Below are positions 34,017 to 49,701 of a DNA stretch of 64,000 bases, piece by piece; the stretch's first letter is position 1, and each line of letters starts with the position of its first letter. Where the stretch lies: NCBI GenBank assembly GCA_963693365.1, contig CAVNZM010000006.1, positions 3,720,001 to 3,784,000 of the forward strand, in the 5' to 3' direction. The notes beneath the pieces are model-generated. The model did no database searches and was not told where the DNA came from. It saw only the letters and a program-made list of their open reading frames with translations. The stretch is from Amoebidium appalachense. Its lineage: Eukaryota; Protista; Ichthyosporea. The position numbers and the translations under genes were made by a program.

Positions 34017-34420
34017 GACAGACACACAGACACACACAGAGCCTCTACACCGTGGCACCCGCCACACGCACCGCGTACGCATGCGCAAGCTGGGTTATTA
34101 AACTCCGATCAGGAATCATACCGTGGTTTCATAAGAGCATTCGAGCTCATGCAAGGGAGCGTGCAAAAACACCACTACCGTAACGTAGAACACGTACACG
34201 CTGTATTTACGAAGCCGGGACACTGTACCTACTGTAACATGGGACACTGTACCTATGTACGTGACTGTATCTGACCCTCTCGTTCCAAAAAACCCGTGGG
34301 GGGATTTTCTTTGCAAGAATGTTCGGCCTGTGTGTGTGCATGATTGGTTTGCACACATCACTTGCCCCCTCCCCTCCCCCTCGCCCCCGGCCATATTCTG
34401 GAGAATACGTTATACCTTCA

Positions 34421-34451
<31 letters not shown>

Positions 34452-35309
34452 TGCCATTTGGTAATACATCGGGCTTCTGCTGTGCTTGTGTGCTTATGTA
34501 CACGTGCAGTGCAGGTGTTTTTGGTTGGACGGTGCAAGCATACCGTGCAAATACCTCCAAGTTGTGCCCAGACATAATTATAACATTTAGCCACAGTACA
34601 GACATGCATTGACGTCACACAGGGCAGAAATCACCTGCACACTGCCAACAGCAACACTGTATATACCATTTCGGCCATTCTCCCCCCCCCCCCCCCCCCC
34701 CCCCCCCCACCCCTCCATCCCCCCCTCCCCGCACACACAAGTAAAAGGAAGAACAAGACAACAAGCACGAGACCCATGCCACACATCATCTGAGAGCCCC
34801 CCCCCCCCCCGCCTCCCGGGAAATCGATGCACACTGAGCCAGGCAGAAAAAAACAAAAAAGATAAGTCCCAAATGAGCAAGAATATATTTCAATCTCCTG
34901 AGGTCCTGCATTACAAACCGGAGTTAAAAAAACCCCTTATGTATCCTCTACCTTGGCAAAAAAAATAAATAATTATGAAATTCTACGCGCGTCTCGTCTC
35001 GGAAATGTAACACCGACACAAAAACCTTGTGAAGTGTGAGAAGACCTAAGCCTACCATTGTGCTCGTTGCCATATAACGTAAAGTGGTGGCTGCACTTGT
35101 CATTCTCACGGCCCAAAATTTCAATCACAATCGACAATCGATCATAATCGCAAAAAAATTCACAAACATACCTCTCGCTGCACTAGCTACGGTGAAAAAG
35201 GTAAAACTTCAACACCATTCATTTTTGACGCGTCGAATCACAACCTTCATACAAAACACATTCATTAGTCCACCACGCCACATGCAGATCCCTCTCTTAC
35301 GTCACCATA

Positions 35310-37328
<2,019 letters not shown>

Positions 37329-37734
37329 GTATTCTTTTTGTGCCCACAAGGGCCTTTCACTGTGTGACAAAACAAAACCTTAGCCTTTCACTTTCCTTGC
37401 TTCAAAAAGGTTTTTACATAGAATGAACAGAACTCTTTATAGACCACGGTCTTCAATTATATCAGAACCAACCACTTATTTACCCTCGCTCTTGCAGAGT
37501 CTGTTTGTTTGCTCACGCTCAAGCAAATGTGCGGTTGGGAAGTGTAGCAGAAACAGGTGAGTATCTTTCATAACGCACCTAAAAAGGCGGCACAAACGGC
37601 TTGTAAACGTGGACGAAAAGCAATGCATGAAGCTTTACCTTGAAGAACGCGAGAAATGGACTCCAGATCCAGGAGTAAGGATGGCTACGGACCCTCTAGA
37701 ACCTCCCATGGAACGCTTTCTTAAAGTTTCATAA

Positions 37735-38210
37735 TCGGCTTGCCATTGGTGTATTTGTCTATTGGCTAATTTGAAACGTTGTTAACCAATGGATTCAGCT
37801 TGTGATCACTGATGTAGATGGCAGTTAGATAAATGGGTTGTCAGTTCGAGTGGCTCAATCATTCGGATTTATACGTGCTTTGTTTGTTGCAAAAAATGTG
37901 CCACAAAGGGAGAGTTTTCTCCCTTTATTACGGCTTTGCATGTACGTTTTTTAACACAAGTTTTGTTTTCTCTTACCCTTTTTTCCATGGAGAATACAAT
38001 AGGCCTACAGGTGTCAAATTGCGGGTCTGCGGGGGCACGGCCACCTGTGCTCACTGACTGAGCCTCACTCTACGCCGACTGTGCGGTTCGGTTCGACTCG
38101 AACTAAAGCCCCACGCGGATATTCGGGTCGGGTCAGAGGCTCAGAGCGTTATCTTGGCGCCATCTCAAAAAATCGTGATATCATGACCTTACTTTTTTTG
38201 ACCAATAGGC
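37735..38210. promoter_or_regulatory. Putative bidirectional CCAAT-box promoter region
   Basis: ATTGG/CCAAT motifs at about 37745, 37761, 37786 and 38202, between divergent genes, in a microsatellite-free island. Confidence 0.4.
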
Positions 38211-38553
38211 AACATCTGGGGTTGAGCGCGGTAAACCAACACATTGCTAATGCCAAGAACCAAAGAAAAAGAAAGAAAGAAACACACACTCTATGGTAGC
38301 AGTTGCAAGAAAAGGGCACCCAAAAAAAAAATTCGTATTGGAAATCAACTATAGGAAAGGACTTTGAAAGCATTATTTGATATCCCTGTTTCCAGCCATG
38401 ATTCAGGGTTCTAAAATTCTCAACACTGCCAGCTTTTGAGAAACCGTCCGGGGAAGGCGACGAGCACAGTAATAAGGCGACGAGAAGGGGAAAGAACCAC
38501 TGTGCACGCGATACAAAACGACCAACGTAGAAATACCATCTGCTTTGCGAAAA

Positions 38554-39235
38554 ATGGGCAGCGCGAAGGATGCAAGGGTTGCCGTGCTGACGGGCTCCAA
38601 CACATATCCACACCTGACTGGTTGGCTGGACCACATCCCCTCTTCGGATGTGGGGGAGCACACCCCTGTGAAGAGGCAAGATGCAGGATAGACAAGTCGG
38701 TTTTGCTCTGTGGTGAATTTTGGCTTGGAATTTTGAGAAGGAGCGAAGGAAGAAGGGGAGGGGGGGGAGGAGGGGATTTAGCAGAGGAAGGGGGCGGGTA
38801 TGCGAGGTTGGACGGGTAGGGGGAGGGGGGGGATGATAATCGGTTTGGAGTTTCGGGTGTGTGTGTGTGGGGGGGGGGGGGGGGGGGGGGAATGGTTTAG
38901 CAAGGGAACGGGACGGGTTTCGGTTTGAGGGAGCGGCTGGGGAAGGGTCATACAGATATTGCAAAACCACATATATTTGTCTTTTCACCCACTTTCACGA
39001 CCAACACTTGCCATCCTTAACTCCACCTTACTGGTATCGGTCTGGCCATCGCCCACCGACTCCTTGGATGTGCGAAGGAGCACAACATAGCTCTGACGGT
39101 AAAACTTTCCGTAACTTGCCCTGCCTTACCTTTATGAATCTTTTGCTAACCTAAGATGTTTTCTGGTGGCCACCATAGGGAAGGGGCGGTATATGGGCGG
39201 GGTTTTTTTTTTTTTTTTTTTTTTGGCGCGCATGT

Positions 39236-39300
<65 letters not shown>

Positions 39301-39996
39301 CTATAGGGTCCATTTTTTGGGGAGGAGGAGAACACGGGGCCAGGGGGGGAGGGGGGGAAAGGGGGGGGGGAGAGGGGGGGGGGGGGGGGGGGGGGGGGCA
39401 GCGGCAGAGACACCTTGTTTGTCCAATGCAGTTTCATTTGGGCTCATCACCAAGTTTTTGGTGCCTTGCCTGTTTTTGAAAAATGGGGTTGGTAGCATAT
39501 TGTAGGGTTTATGTCCCATGAGTAGGGCCCCCCTCCCCCCTCCTGCCCTGCCTGCCCCAGCTTCCCCCGCTCACTAGGGCTCGGGCCTCCTCATGGTCAG
39601 TAACAGCTTTGACTCCCCTCTCGCTCCCCGGTAATGTACCTTTCTGTTTTTGCAAACACTCCCCCCCCCCCATCCTCCCCCTGCACTCACCCACCCTCCT
39701 TCTGGTGGGACGGTCTATAAATCTCCCCTTCGTTTCTTCCGTTATAGAAAATTAGGCCAGAATATTAGGCAACAGAGGAGAGGGGGGAAAATTAAACTGA
39801 CTTTTGTGGCACGACAGACGGTGTTGGCATGCCGGAACATGGAAAAGGCAAAGGAGGCCCAGACAGAGCTGCTGACTGCTTACCCGGATGCAGTGGTCGA
39901 GGTGGGTGGGTCACACTCATGCACGCGTGCTCGCCCACACACACACACACACACACACATGCGCGCGCGCACACACACACACACACGCATGCACGC

Positions 39997-40057
<61 letters not shown>

Positions 40058-40419
40058 TTTCACACACATTCCCGTACACCCACACCCACACCCACACACC
40101 CACACCCACACTCCCACACACCCACACACAGACACACACCCCCCCTCTCTTGCATAGGGAGACATACACAGCACACATGATCCCCCCCCCCCCCCTCCCC
40201 CTATCTAACCCCTTCCCACCCCCCCCCCCCCCCCCCACCGCCGCCGCCTCCTTCCTTCACCCCGTCACATCACAATGGAATGAAGGGGGAAGGGGGTTGG
40301 GGTGGTGAGGAGAGAGAAGGGGTGGGGGGAAGGGGAGAGGGGGGTGGAGTGTTGGCAAGGGGGAGAGGTGAGAGAGGAAGAGGACAAGGGGATTGTGGTC
40401 CCGGTGAGTGCACCCGTGT

Positions 40420-40471
<52 letters not shown>

Positions 40472-40618
40472 AGAGAGGTGAAAGAAATAAGTGAGGGAAA
40501 AGGAAAATATGGAGTTTTAAGTAGACACGTGTAGTGCTGTGCCCTTGCCCTTTCCCTTCTACCCCCACCACTGCCTTTGTACACTCTTGTACCCTCCTTC
40601 TCTCCCCCCACCCCCAAA

Positions 40619-40655
<37 letters not shown>

Positions 40656-40784
40656 GAGACACACATACACAGACGCAAAAAGGGGGGGAAGGAGGGAGAA
40701 CCGGGGGAGGTGGGGGGGAGGTTGGGGGGGAGGCATGTACCCTGTCCATGCCTGCCGACACCAGATCCATGCCTTTTACCTCAC

Positions 40785-40819
<35 letters not shown>

Positions 40820-40930
40820 CATACACACACACACATGCACACGTCTCGTTTACTTGCTTAAAAGCTATCAATTAGATTTGAAATGTGCTTATGTCAACAG
40901 ATCCCGGCATCATATGACTATCTTATTTAG

Positions 40931-40978
<48 letters not shown>

Positions 40979-41929
40979 GGGCCCTAAACCTCACAGCTTG
41001 TGCAATTGGACACGAGCAGTAATCGGTCAGTGTTGGACGCTGCGGCACAAATAAATGAAAGGTGGGTGGTGTGTTATTGTATTTTTTTTTTTTTTTGGGG
41101 GGGGGGGGGGGGGGAGACGACTATCTTGGGGGCAAAGGGTGGGTGTGGAGGAAGCCTTTGGGGTGGGGGGGGGGGGGGGGGGGATGGAGGGGCACGATCT
41201 GAGGAAGGTAGATTTAGGGAGTTTATTCTGGAATGGGGGGATTCATTTGTGAGCCTGTGGACTTGTAAGGACGTTGGGGGTGGAGGTTAAGGGGTTGAAG
41301 AAAGAGCATGACATGGGGATGTGAGTGTGAGGATTGTGGTGGTTGGTGGTGTTGGGTGGGTGGGTGGGGGAGAAGGGGGGGGTGGGGGGAAGGGGCGGGG
41401 GGGGGGGGATTGTTCTGTTTGGTGGTTCTTGCATTCGCCGTCTTGAATCTGGGGAAGGGTGTGGTTTTTGTGTGTTCAATTCTCGATTTGAATGGTTGAG
41501 TTAACGTAGATCTATGTATGATTAGAGTCCGTCATGAATGTGCACCTCTCACTCTGTAACAGATTTCAATCCCCCCCCTCCCTCCCCCCCCCTCCCCCCC
41601 CCCCCCCCCCCCTTCCCCCACACACACACAGACACACACCCCTACCCACTCCGTCTTTTCTGGCTGCTTATCCCCTCCCCCCCCCCCCCCCCCCCTTCTT
41701 CCCTCTCTTTTCTTCCTTTTCCCCCCCTCCTCCCCCCCCCCCCCCCCCTCACTCCCTCCATCCCTGTCCTTCTCCCCCGCTCCTTCCCCCTCACTCCTTC
41801 TTCTGCCCCCCCCCCTTTCCCTTTCTCTCCTTTCTGCCTTCTTTTCTCTCTCTCTCTCTCTCTCTATCCTACTCCCTCTCTGTCTCTCTCCTCTTTCACT
41901 TTCTGTCCTACACATACACAAGCTCATGT

Positions 41930-42021
<92 letters not shown>

Positions 42022-42095
42022 TCTGCCTTTGTTGCTCATTCCCCTGCCGCCGCACCGGTTCTTGTTTCTGAATAATTCTGAGTTCTGTAAAGTGC

Positions 42096-42165
<70 letters not shown>

Positions 42166-42234
42166 CGTACTTTGAAGTGAGTGCCCTAGTGTTGACACAT
42201 CCTCCCGCTCCCCCCCCCCCCCCCCCCCCCCCCC

Positions 42235-42282
<48 letters not shown>

Positions 42283-42552
42283 AAAAGTGATACAACATAC
42301 AACACCGCCACACACACATACAAACACCGCTCCCCTTCCCCCGCCTCTCCCCCCCCCCCCTCCCCCCCCCCCCCCCCCCCCTCTCCCTCTCCCCCTCCGC
42401 ACCCCCATGCACCCACCCACGTCCAGATATGGTCGCATCGACTATCTCTATCTCAATGCTGGCATCATGCCTAGCAAGGGGTTGAACCTTAAGCCCCTAC
42501 TGACCACCGACCTACGAAAAATGCTAGATCTCTTTTTAACCGGTACCCACCC

Positions 42553-42586
<34 letters not shown>

Positions 42587-43948
42587 TCTGTCTCTGTCTC
42601 TTTCTCCCTCTTCTCCTCCTCCCCCCCCCCCCCCCCCCCTCTCTGTCTCTGTCTCTTTCTCCCTCTTCTCCCTCCCTCCCCCCCCCCCCCTCCCCCTCTC
42701 TCGCCCCTTTCCCTCTCTCTAACTCTCTCTCTCTCTCTCTCTCTCTCCATCTTTCATTCACTCTCTCTTTCTTTCTCTATATATATATATCTCTCTCGGT
42801 CTCTTCCTCCCTCTCCCTCCCCCTCCTCTTCCCCCCTCCCCCTCCCTCCCCCCTCCCGCTCGCCTTTTCTCAGTGTTGGGCTCCATCAATGTACCTTTTC
42901 ACCACCTTCCCGTATTCACTACCTCCCTGCTTTAACCCCAATGGACGGGTCTGCTCCGAGATTCCTGACTTCCCCACTCTTTGGGCTCAGCGGCTGCAGG
43001 ACCGAAAGTTGGGTTCAGTGTGCATTTAGGTTGGTTGGGAGGGTTGTAGATTTGGGCAGGCAGAAGAAACGGAGGGATGAAAAAAGTAGAGCACGCTTTG
43101 TCAACACATATGTAACTTGCCCCCCCCCCCCCCCCCCCCCCCCCAACCCTTCTCACACATCACCCCCCCCCCTCCCCCCTTTTTTCAGGTACGGAACTGA
43201 TGATCCAGGATGACTGGGACACGAAGGATGGCAACAGGGCTGTGTTTGCTACAAACGTGTTCGGCCACTATCTGCTGGTATGGTTTCCTTTACCCTTCTC
43301 TGTTGGTATGATTTTCTATCCTATCTCTTGCTATAGCCTCCCCCCCCCCCCCCCCCCCCCCCCCCCCCTGCATGTATGTTGTATGTATGTCGTATTTGCT
43401 TGCCCCCCCTCCCCGCCAAAAAAAAAAAAAAAAAAAAAAAAAAAAGAAGAAGAAGAAGAAGAAGAAGAAGAGGCTCAACGAAGAAGAAGAAGCCCAACCT
43501 TGTAAGGAGGGCGGGGAGGGAGAGGGGGGGGGGGGGGGGGGCAGGTGTGAAAACTGATGGGGTAGAACAGAAAGATACATATAGGTTGGAGGGAGGGCGG
43601 ATGCTTTTGTATGCACACTCCCAAATCTCAAATAAACGCCTAAAACTAAAAATAATAACCTTCTCCCTATCTATTTTGTCGGGTTCTCTAAAAGCCATTT
43701 GTGGACATGATAATAGAATTCCATTACGTGATTGTGCTAAACTGGATCACCAATCAGATCCGAGAGCTCCAAGACAAGCTTGTCCAATCAAAAGGCCGGA
43801 TCATCTGGACTGGGTCGAATGCTGGCCACTGCCACGATCTGGATCTCAGCGACATCCAGGATAGAGCAGGGTGTGTGTGTGTGTATCTGTGTGTGTGTGG
43901 GTGTGTGGGTGTGTAGGTGTGTGTGTGTGTGCGCGCGTGCGTGCGTGC

Positions 43949-43979
<31 letters not shown>

Positions 43980-44046
43980 CGCGCATGTATGCCTGTGTAT
44001 GTGCCTGTGCCTGTGCCTGTGCCTGTTTTTTTCCTTTTTTCTTTTT

Positions 44047-44077
<31 letters not shown>

Positions 44078-44621
44078 CAGAGGGAGGTGCCGGCGTGCAC
44101 CTGTGCACACGTGCATACACCTATGTGTGCAGATGTACATGGATGCCTATCAATCGTTCGTGGAGAGTAAACATGAGTGGTGTGTGCTGCTGGGTGGGTT
44201 TTGAGTAGGCAGGGGGGTGAGGTGGGGTGGGAGCTGGGATGGTCATGGTTGCATTGAGATGGGCAAGAACAGTGAGATAATTTTGTGATGTTGGTATGTG
44301 TGAAAATAACTGGATGGAGCCGGTAGGTGTGTGGGTGTGTGGGTGTGTGGGGAGGGGTGGGGGGAAGGAACATTAGCTTTGGGGGGGGAGGGGGGGGGGG
44401 AGAGATATGGGGATATATGCTTTTCCTACCGTTTCTACCAGTGAATCAACATGACAGAAAGCATGTAACACATGTGGCTTCCCAGAACCTGACCGTATCC
44501 AATCCTCCCCCCCCCCCCCCCCCCCCCTCCCCCCTCTCTTCCCCCCCCCCCCCCCCCCCCAAAAAAAAAAAAAACACACACACACACACACACGCACACA
44601 CACGCACACGCACGCACACTT

Positions 44622-44660
<39 letters not shown>

Positions 44661-44951
44661 CACACACACGCACACACACGCGCGCGCGCGCGCTTTTATC
44701 CCCCCTCCCCCCGACACACACACACACACACACTTACACACGTACACACGTACAGTGTCAACCCCTACGGTCGCAGCAAGTATGCAGTAGATGTACTCTC
44801 GCAGTGTCTCAATGACCATTTAAACCCCCTCGGTGTCTACTCTTACACGTGCTGCCCCGGTCTGGTTGTGACTCAGATCTCACTGGCCCTACTCCCGTGG
44901 TGGGTGTGGATGGTTCTGATTTTTCCATTCCTCTGGTTGGTACGTTTCACT

Positions 44952-44996
<45 letters not shown>

Positions 44997-45358
44997 AAAA
45001 AAAAAAGGGGGGGGGGGGGGGGGGGGGGAAGGGGGGAGGGCTGGCTCGGAAAGCAAGCACGAAAGAAGTAATAGCTATGGTATGCCCTGCAATGGTTTCA
45101 TTCACTTGTGTTTCTGCGCTCTTGCAATGTGTGCAAGCGCGAAATTGACCCACTATCATATATCCTTTATTGTTTTACGTTGTGGCATATCCCCAACCCC
45201 AACCCCCCACCCCACCCTACCCCAGCTCCCCCCCATTCTCCTCGAACCAAAAAAAAACAAGAACCACTTTTACCACCGGACACACACACACACACACACA
45301 CATGCACACATATACTAGCAACCATTTCCACCCGACACCACCTTCCCGTCGGATTAAA

Positions 45359-45390
<32 letters not shown>

Positions 45391-46020
45391 ATTACTGATG
45401 CTGTCTGGATATTGAATCTCAGGTTCGGCTGGTGTCCGCTGGGTTCTACACTTACTTCCCAGAGAATGGAGCAGAGGGCCTGGTCTACCTGTCAGGTGTG
45501 TGTGTGTGTGTGTTGTGGGGGAAGGGGGGGGGGGGGGGGAGGGGGGGGGGGGGGGGGGGGGGGGAGGGGTGGTGGCCACGCTGATGTTTTTACTTTTTAA
45601 TTGTGCTGAGTATGTGTAGTGCGTGTGTGTATCGTGTATGTGGATGTGCGTGCGTGTGCCTGGGTATGCGAGTCTAGGATGTGTTTATATTTGTGCGCGT
45701 GTTAAACCATGCATGCAACTGACAACTAGCATCGGGCTTTGTTTACCATTGTATGCCTTTGCTGATTTTGTCTTGCATACGCAAGTGAAGTACTATCGAT
45801 GGTAGCATCGGTTATAATCTGGAAAAACTCATTGTTTTTCGTTTTTCTTTCTCGGTTACGAAGAAAATCGACTAACATTAGAAACACAACCAGGACTGCC
45901 GGGCACAGGACATAAGGTCGACGGTAAAACCGAGCGGAGGAAGGACATTCCAAACCCCTACGTCAAATACTTCAGGTAACAGAACCTCCCCCTCCCCGCG
46001 CCACCGCCGCCCCCTCCCCT

Positions 46021-46062
<42 letters not shown>

Positions 46063-46878
46063 TTCTCCCCCCCCGGGCACTTTTTTTACCTCCCCCCTCC
46101 TACCCTGTAATTCATTTGTCTCCGAAGAATAGACCTTAGTTCATTCATGAGCTGAATACCAGATATGGTGTTTTGATGGCCTTAACTGTTGAATGTATCC
46201 ATGTTGATGGTTTATGATGGGTTATGCACGGGCGCATGTGATGGTATGCGCATGTACAATCTGTAAGATTATCACTGGCACACTCCTTACCCCCCCTCTC
46301 TCTCCCACGCGGCCCGCTCGCCCGTCCACGCACCTACCCGTCACCCATCAAAGCAGCTTCTTTTTTTTTGCGCTTGGGCAAACACACACACAGGTATACT
46401 GACTGACACACACACACACACACACATAGGTATACTGACTGACACACACACAGGTATACTGACTGACACACACACACACACACACACAGGTATACTGACT
46501 GACACACACACACACACACACACAGGTATACTGACTGACACACACACAGGTATACTGACTGACACACACACACACACACGCACACACGTACACGTTTGCC
46601 TATGTGTACACCTACTGCCTGGTACTCCCCCACACACACACACGTACACACGCGCGCGTGCGCGCGCACACACACGTACACACACACGCACACGCACACG
46701 CACACACACACACACGCACACGCACACACACACAAACACACACACACACACACACAGTCGCACTACACCTCTCGGACAGCGTGTGGTGGTTGCAGGTGAG
46801 GTGCCGTGCACGAAGGAGGAAAAGGAAGGTCTGGTTGCTCAGTTAGACGCCATGGTGGAACAAGCAAGGAGAAAATAG
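38554..46878 (+). CDS. HSD17B7: 3-ketosteroid reductase / 17-beta-hydroxysteroid dehydrogenase 7 (ERG27-like SDR), 351 aa, 11 exons
   Basis: Exons 38554-38603, 39032-39098, 39818-39901, 40997-41061, 42427-42542, 43189-43277, 43758-43870, 44756-44939, 45423-45495, 45882-45975, 46758-46878 (1056 nt, phases consistent). Motifs: [14 protein letters not shown] (TGxxxGxG), [54 protein letters not shown] (YxxxK), CPGLVVT, a hydrophobic membrane segment, ENGAEGLV and NPYVKYFS. Confidence 0.92.
38604..39031 (+). other. U12-type (minor spliceosome) AT-AC intron, HSD17B7 intron 1
   Basis: 5' end ATATCC at 38604, U12 branch site TCCTTAAC at 39014-39021, 3' end AC at 39030-39031. Removal restores AC|T (Thr) inside TGSNTGIG. 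Confidence 0.9.
46381..46575. repeat. Compound minisatellite (CA)n-AGGTATACTGACTG, 6 copies, in HSD17B7 intron 10
   Basis: Six copies of AGGTATACTGACTGAC separated by variable (CA)n. Confidence 0.9.
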
Positions 46879-47628
46879 ACGGTGGGATGTGGGGTGCTAT
46901 GAGTGTTTGCGGCCATTTATATGTAGTTTGGAATGCTGTATGAAGGTTCAATGTGGCTAACATAGAAACAGAAAAGGGCGAATGTATTAAAGTGTTAGTG
47001 AGACATACCTGTGCATGAATTGAAATGAGTGTGTATTTTCCTCGAAATGTTTAGGTCGAGAGGATGTGTGTCTGTAATGCGTTTTTTTTAGCAGGCTACT
47101 TTGACATGCTGTTGTGACTATCACAGTTCTGTTTAAGCCAGATACATAGCCATGTATGCAGCAGGTTTAATGTGGGATGGTGTGATCAGATGGTTCTATG
47201 TTTTATCCCTGTTATGGCGCTAGTATGTGAGGGACTGGTATAAACTCGTTGTGTGAGGTAGTAACTTACACACATGCAGTCACTGTTGTTCATTGATGAA
47301 CCACAGCTGTTACATGCACGGTCATTCAATTTGACTTGGCAATGTAATGCAACGCGAACCACGTGTACAGCCATGCTAGACTCACAGGCATGTCTACGTG
47401 CACGCTGTGACCAGGATTGCACACACACACGTCACAGCATATCCAAACACTGCATGTGCAGGTGCACATGCACATAAATTCTACACACGCACGCATGCAC
47501 ACATGCACATGTGCATGCACACACGTCTAATACTCGCTCACACACGCACGCGTACGTGCACACAGTACGACACATACATGTATACTGTACACACAAAAAG
47601 ATACACACGCACATTGCCCCCACAAGGT

Positions 47629-47702
<74 letters not shown>

Positions 47703-49701
47703 CCCCCAATCGTAACAGTAAAAATGATTACTACCTTCACGTTTTCGGCCCACCCCGGATATTCAATGCTGCTCTGCAGTATATGCTCCCTCACCCAACA
47801 CGTGCACGATCGCGATGACACACGGTGACCTGTACATGTAGGATGTCCCTCCGCGGTACCGTTGGCAAAACACGGAGAGGAGAGTCTGATAGAGGCTTGC
47901 CGATGGTTAGCCAACGTGGCCCCCACGACCGATTTCAAACGTGCGCGTGGGCAATAAAAGAGCAGCATCTAATTATACGGTACGTAGCAAGCAAAGGAAA
48001 ACAATCACTGTCGCGGTGGCGCAGCCATGCATGGCCGGCGCAAGACAGAGGCTACTACATAAGTATATGTGTTCGCTCAGCTGCAAGGCCAACAGCTTCA
48101 GACGGCACCGGAATCTTTGCTAATAATAAAGGCCAGACCTCCTGCATGCTGGTGTTGTGGTGGCATGCAGCCGACTCCGAGTACGTCGATGCATGACCGC
48201 GGTACGCATTCAGTGAATCTCAGTTTGAAACGGTGTCCTTGCCCTGAGGCAGCTGAGGCGGTCATCAAGATCTTGTGACACAACCAGCCTTGCAACTGCC
48301 ATTGGGGCTAACATTACATATCAAGGCTGCAATGTGTCATGTATACATACTATAATTGTTTGCGGTTGGCTTATGTACTGCATGTGTGCTTCGCATGCGC
48401 CTCAGTGCACGCCACTTCCGGACCACGTGCTGGTATGTTTGTGTATGATGAATCTATCAATGCACGCTCGGGGATCTCCCGCATTCCACGGATTGCAAAT
48501 TTTGGGGGATTTAATCGTGAACTGCAAATTATGATTTCGACATCACGTAGTCAAATCATGATGCCGCAATAATATGCACCTGTACACACACTATTTTCTC
48601 GAATAATTAATTTTTTTATAGAATACATGTTATATGCGTGTTGGTATAATATAGCCTTGATTATGCAGCTCTCTATTGAAGTTGTTGATTCGAAATACTC
48701 GAGACTCGAATAAACTCTAAAGTAAAATTTCATCAATAAATAAAGTCCCCCAAACTAGGCTGATTCGTCCGGCTCGGGTTTTGATTGGTCCGCATAGATG
48801 ATTGGATAAGAACGCATCGTTGCAAGCTCATTCAGGGCCTTGTCGGAACGTAAATAAACGCACTGCCAGTCACTCTGCCCTTCATAGTTTTTTATGGAGG
48901 TGTGGAAAAAACATAGTTATTTTGGCAGCTAACATATTGATATCCAATCATGCTTTTTTGCCTCGAATAAAAATCTCGATAATAGAATGCCAAAACATAC
49001 GGTAGCTACGCAGGCAAGGTAAACAACAATATAAGAAATTGTTGTTAGGCCTAGGGTGTGAGCTGTGCTCTTCACTGAGCTGCAGCTGTGCTCTTCACCG
49101 GATCCGATGAGCGTGCAGACTCTGCAGAGCATATGCACGGCTTTAGGACCAAGCAAATACACACATCTGAAGTTCTAATCAGAACGCCTATGCCCATAAA
49201 ATCCACTGATACGTCCGAGTAGGTATGTACCGTACCTTGCACACAAACAACCAAATTCACAACGGAAGCCAAATATGATAGCCACATGTGTGCTGATGAT
49301 CGGTTCCACACTGCACATTCTCATGTAGTACAAAGCAAAGACAGGCTTAGCACAAGAAAAGAAAACTGTAGTAGTGGTGGTCGCCAGCTGATACTCTCAA
49401 GGTGGTATTCGCGCAAACAAGTTAAACTCTTTGAATTCAAAGAACTATTGTTCAGTTTCCATGCTTATTTTTACATGCGCAGTTACTGTAGCTGTAATGC
49501 TGGCCTGAATCACGGCAGGAATATTGATACATAATACATTTTAGTAAAGTTACACTGTATGATGTATTTCTATATGCAGCTGTCCTCAATAGCAAATCTG
49601 TTCCGGTGAACACATGCTGCACTTCATTCACGGCATTTCACTCAACCCTCGTTTTACTTCAAGGTGCTCTGCATGGCTCCCATGCGACCACTTTCTAGAA
49701 A

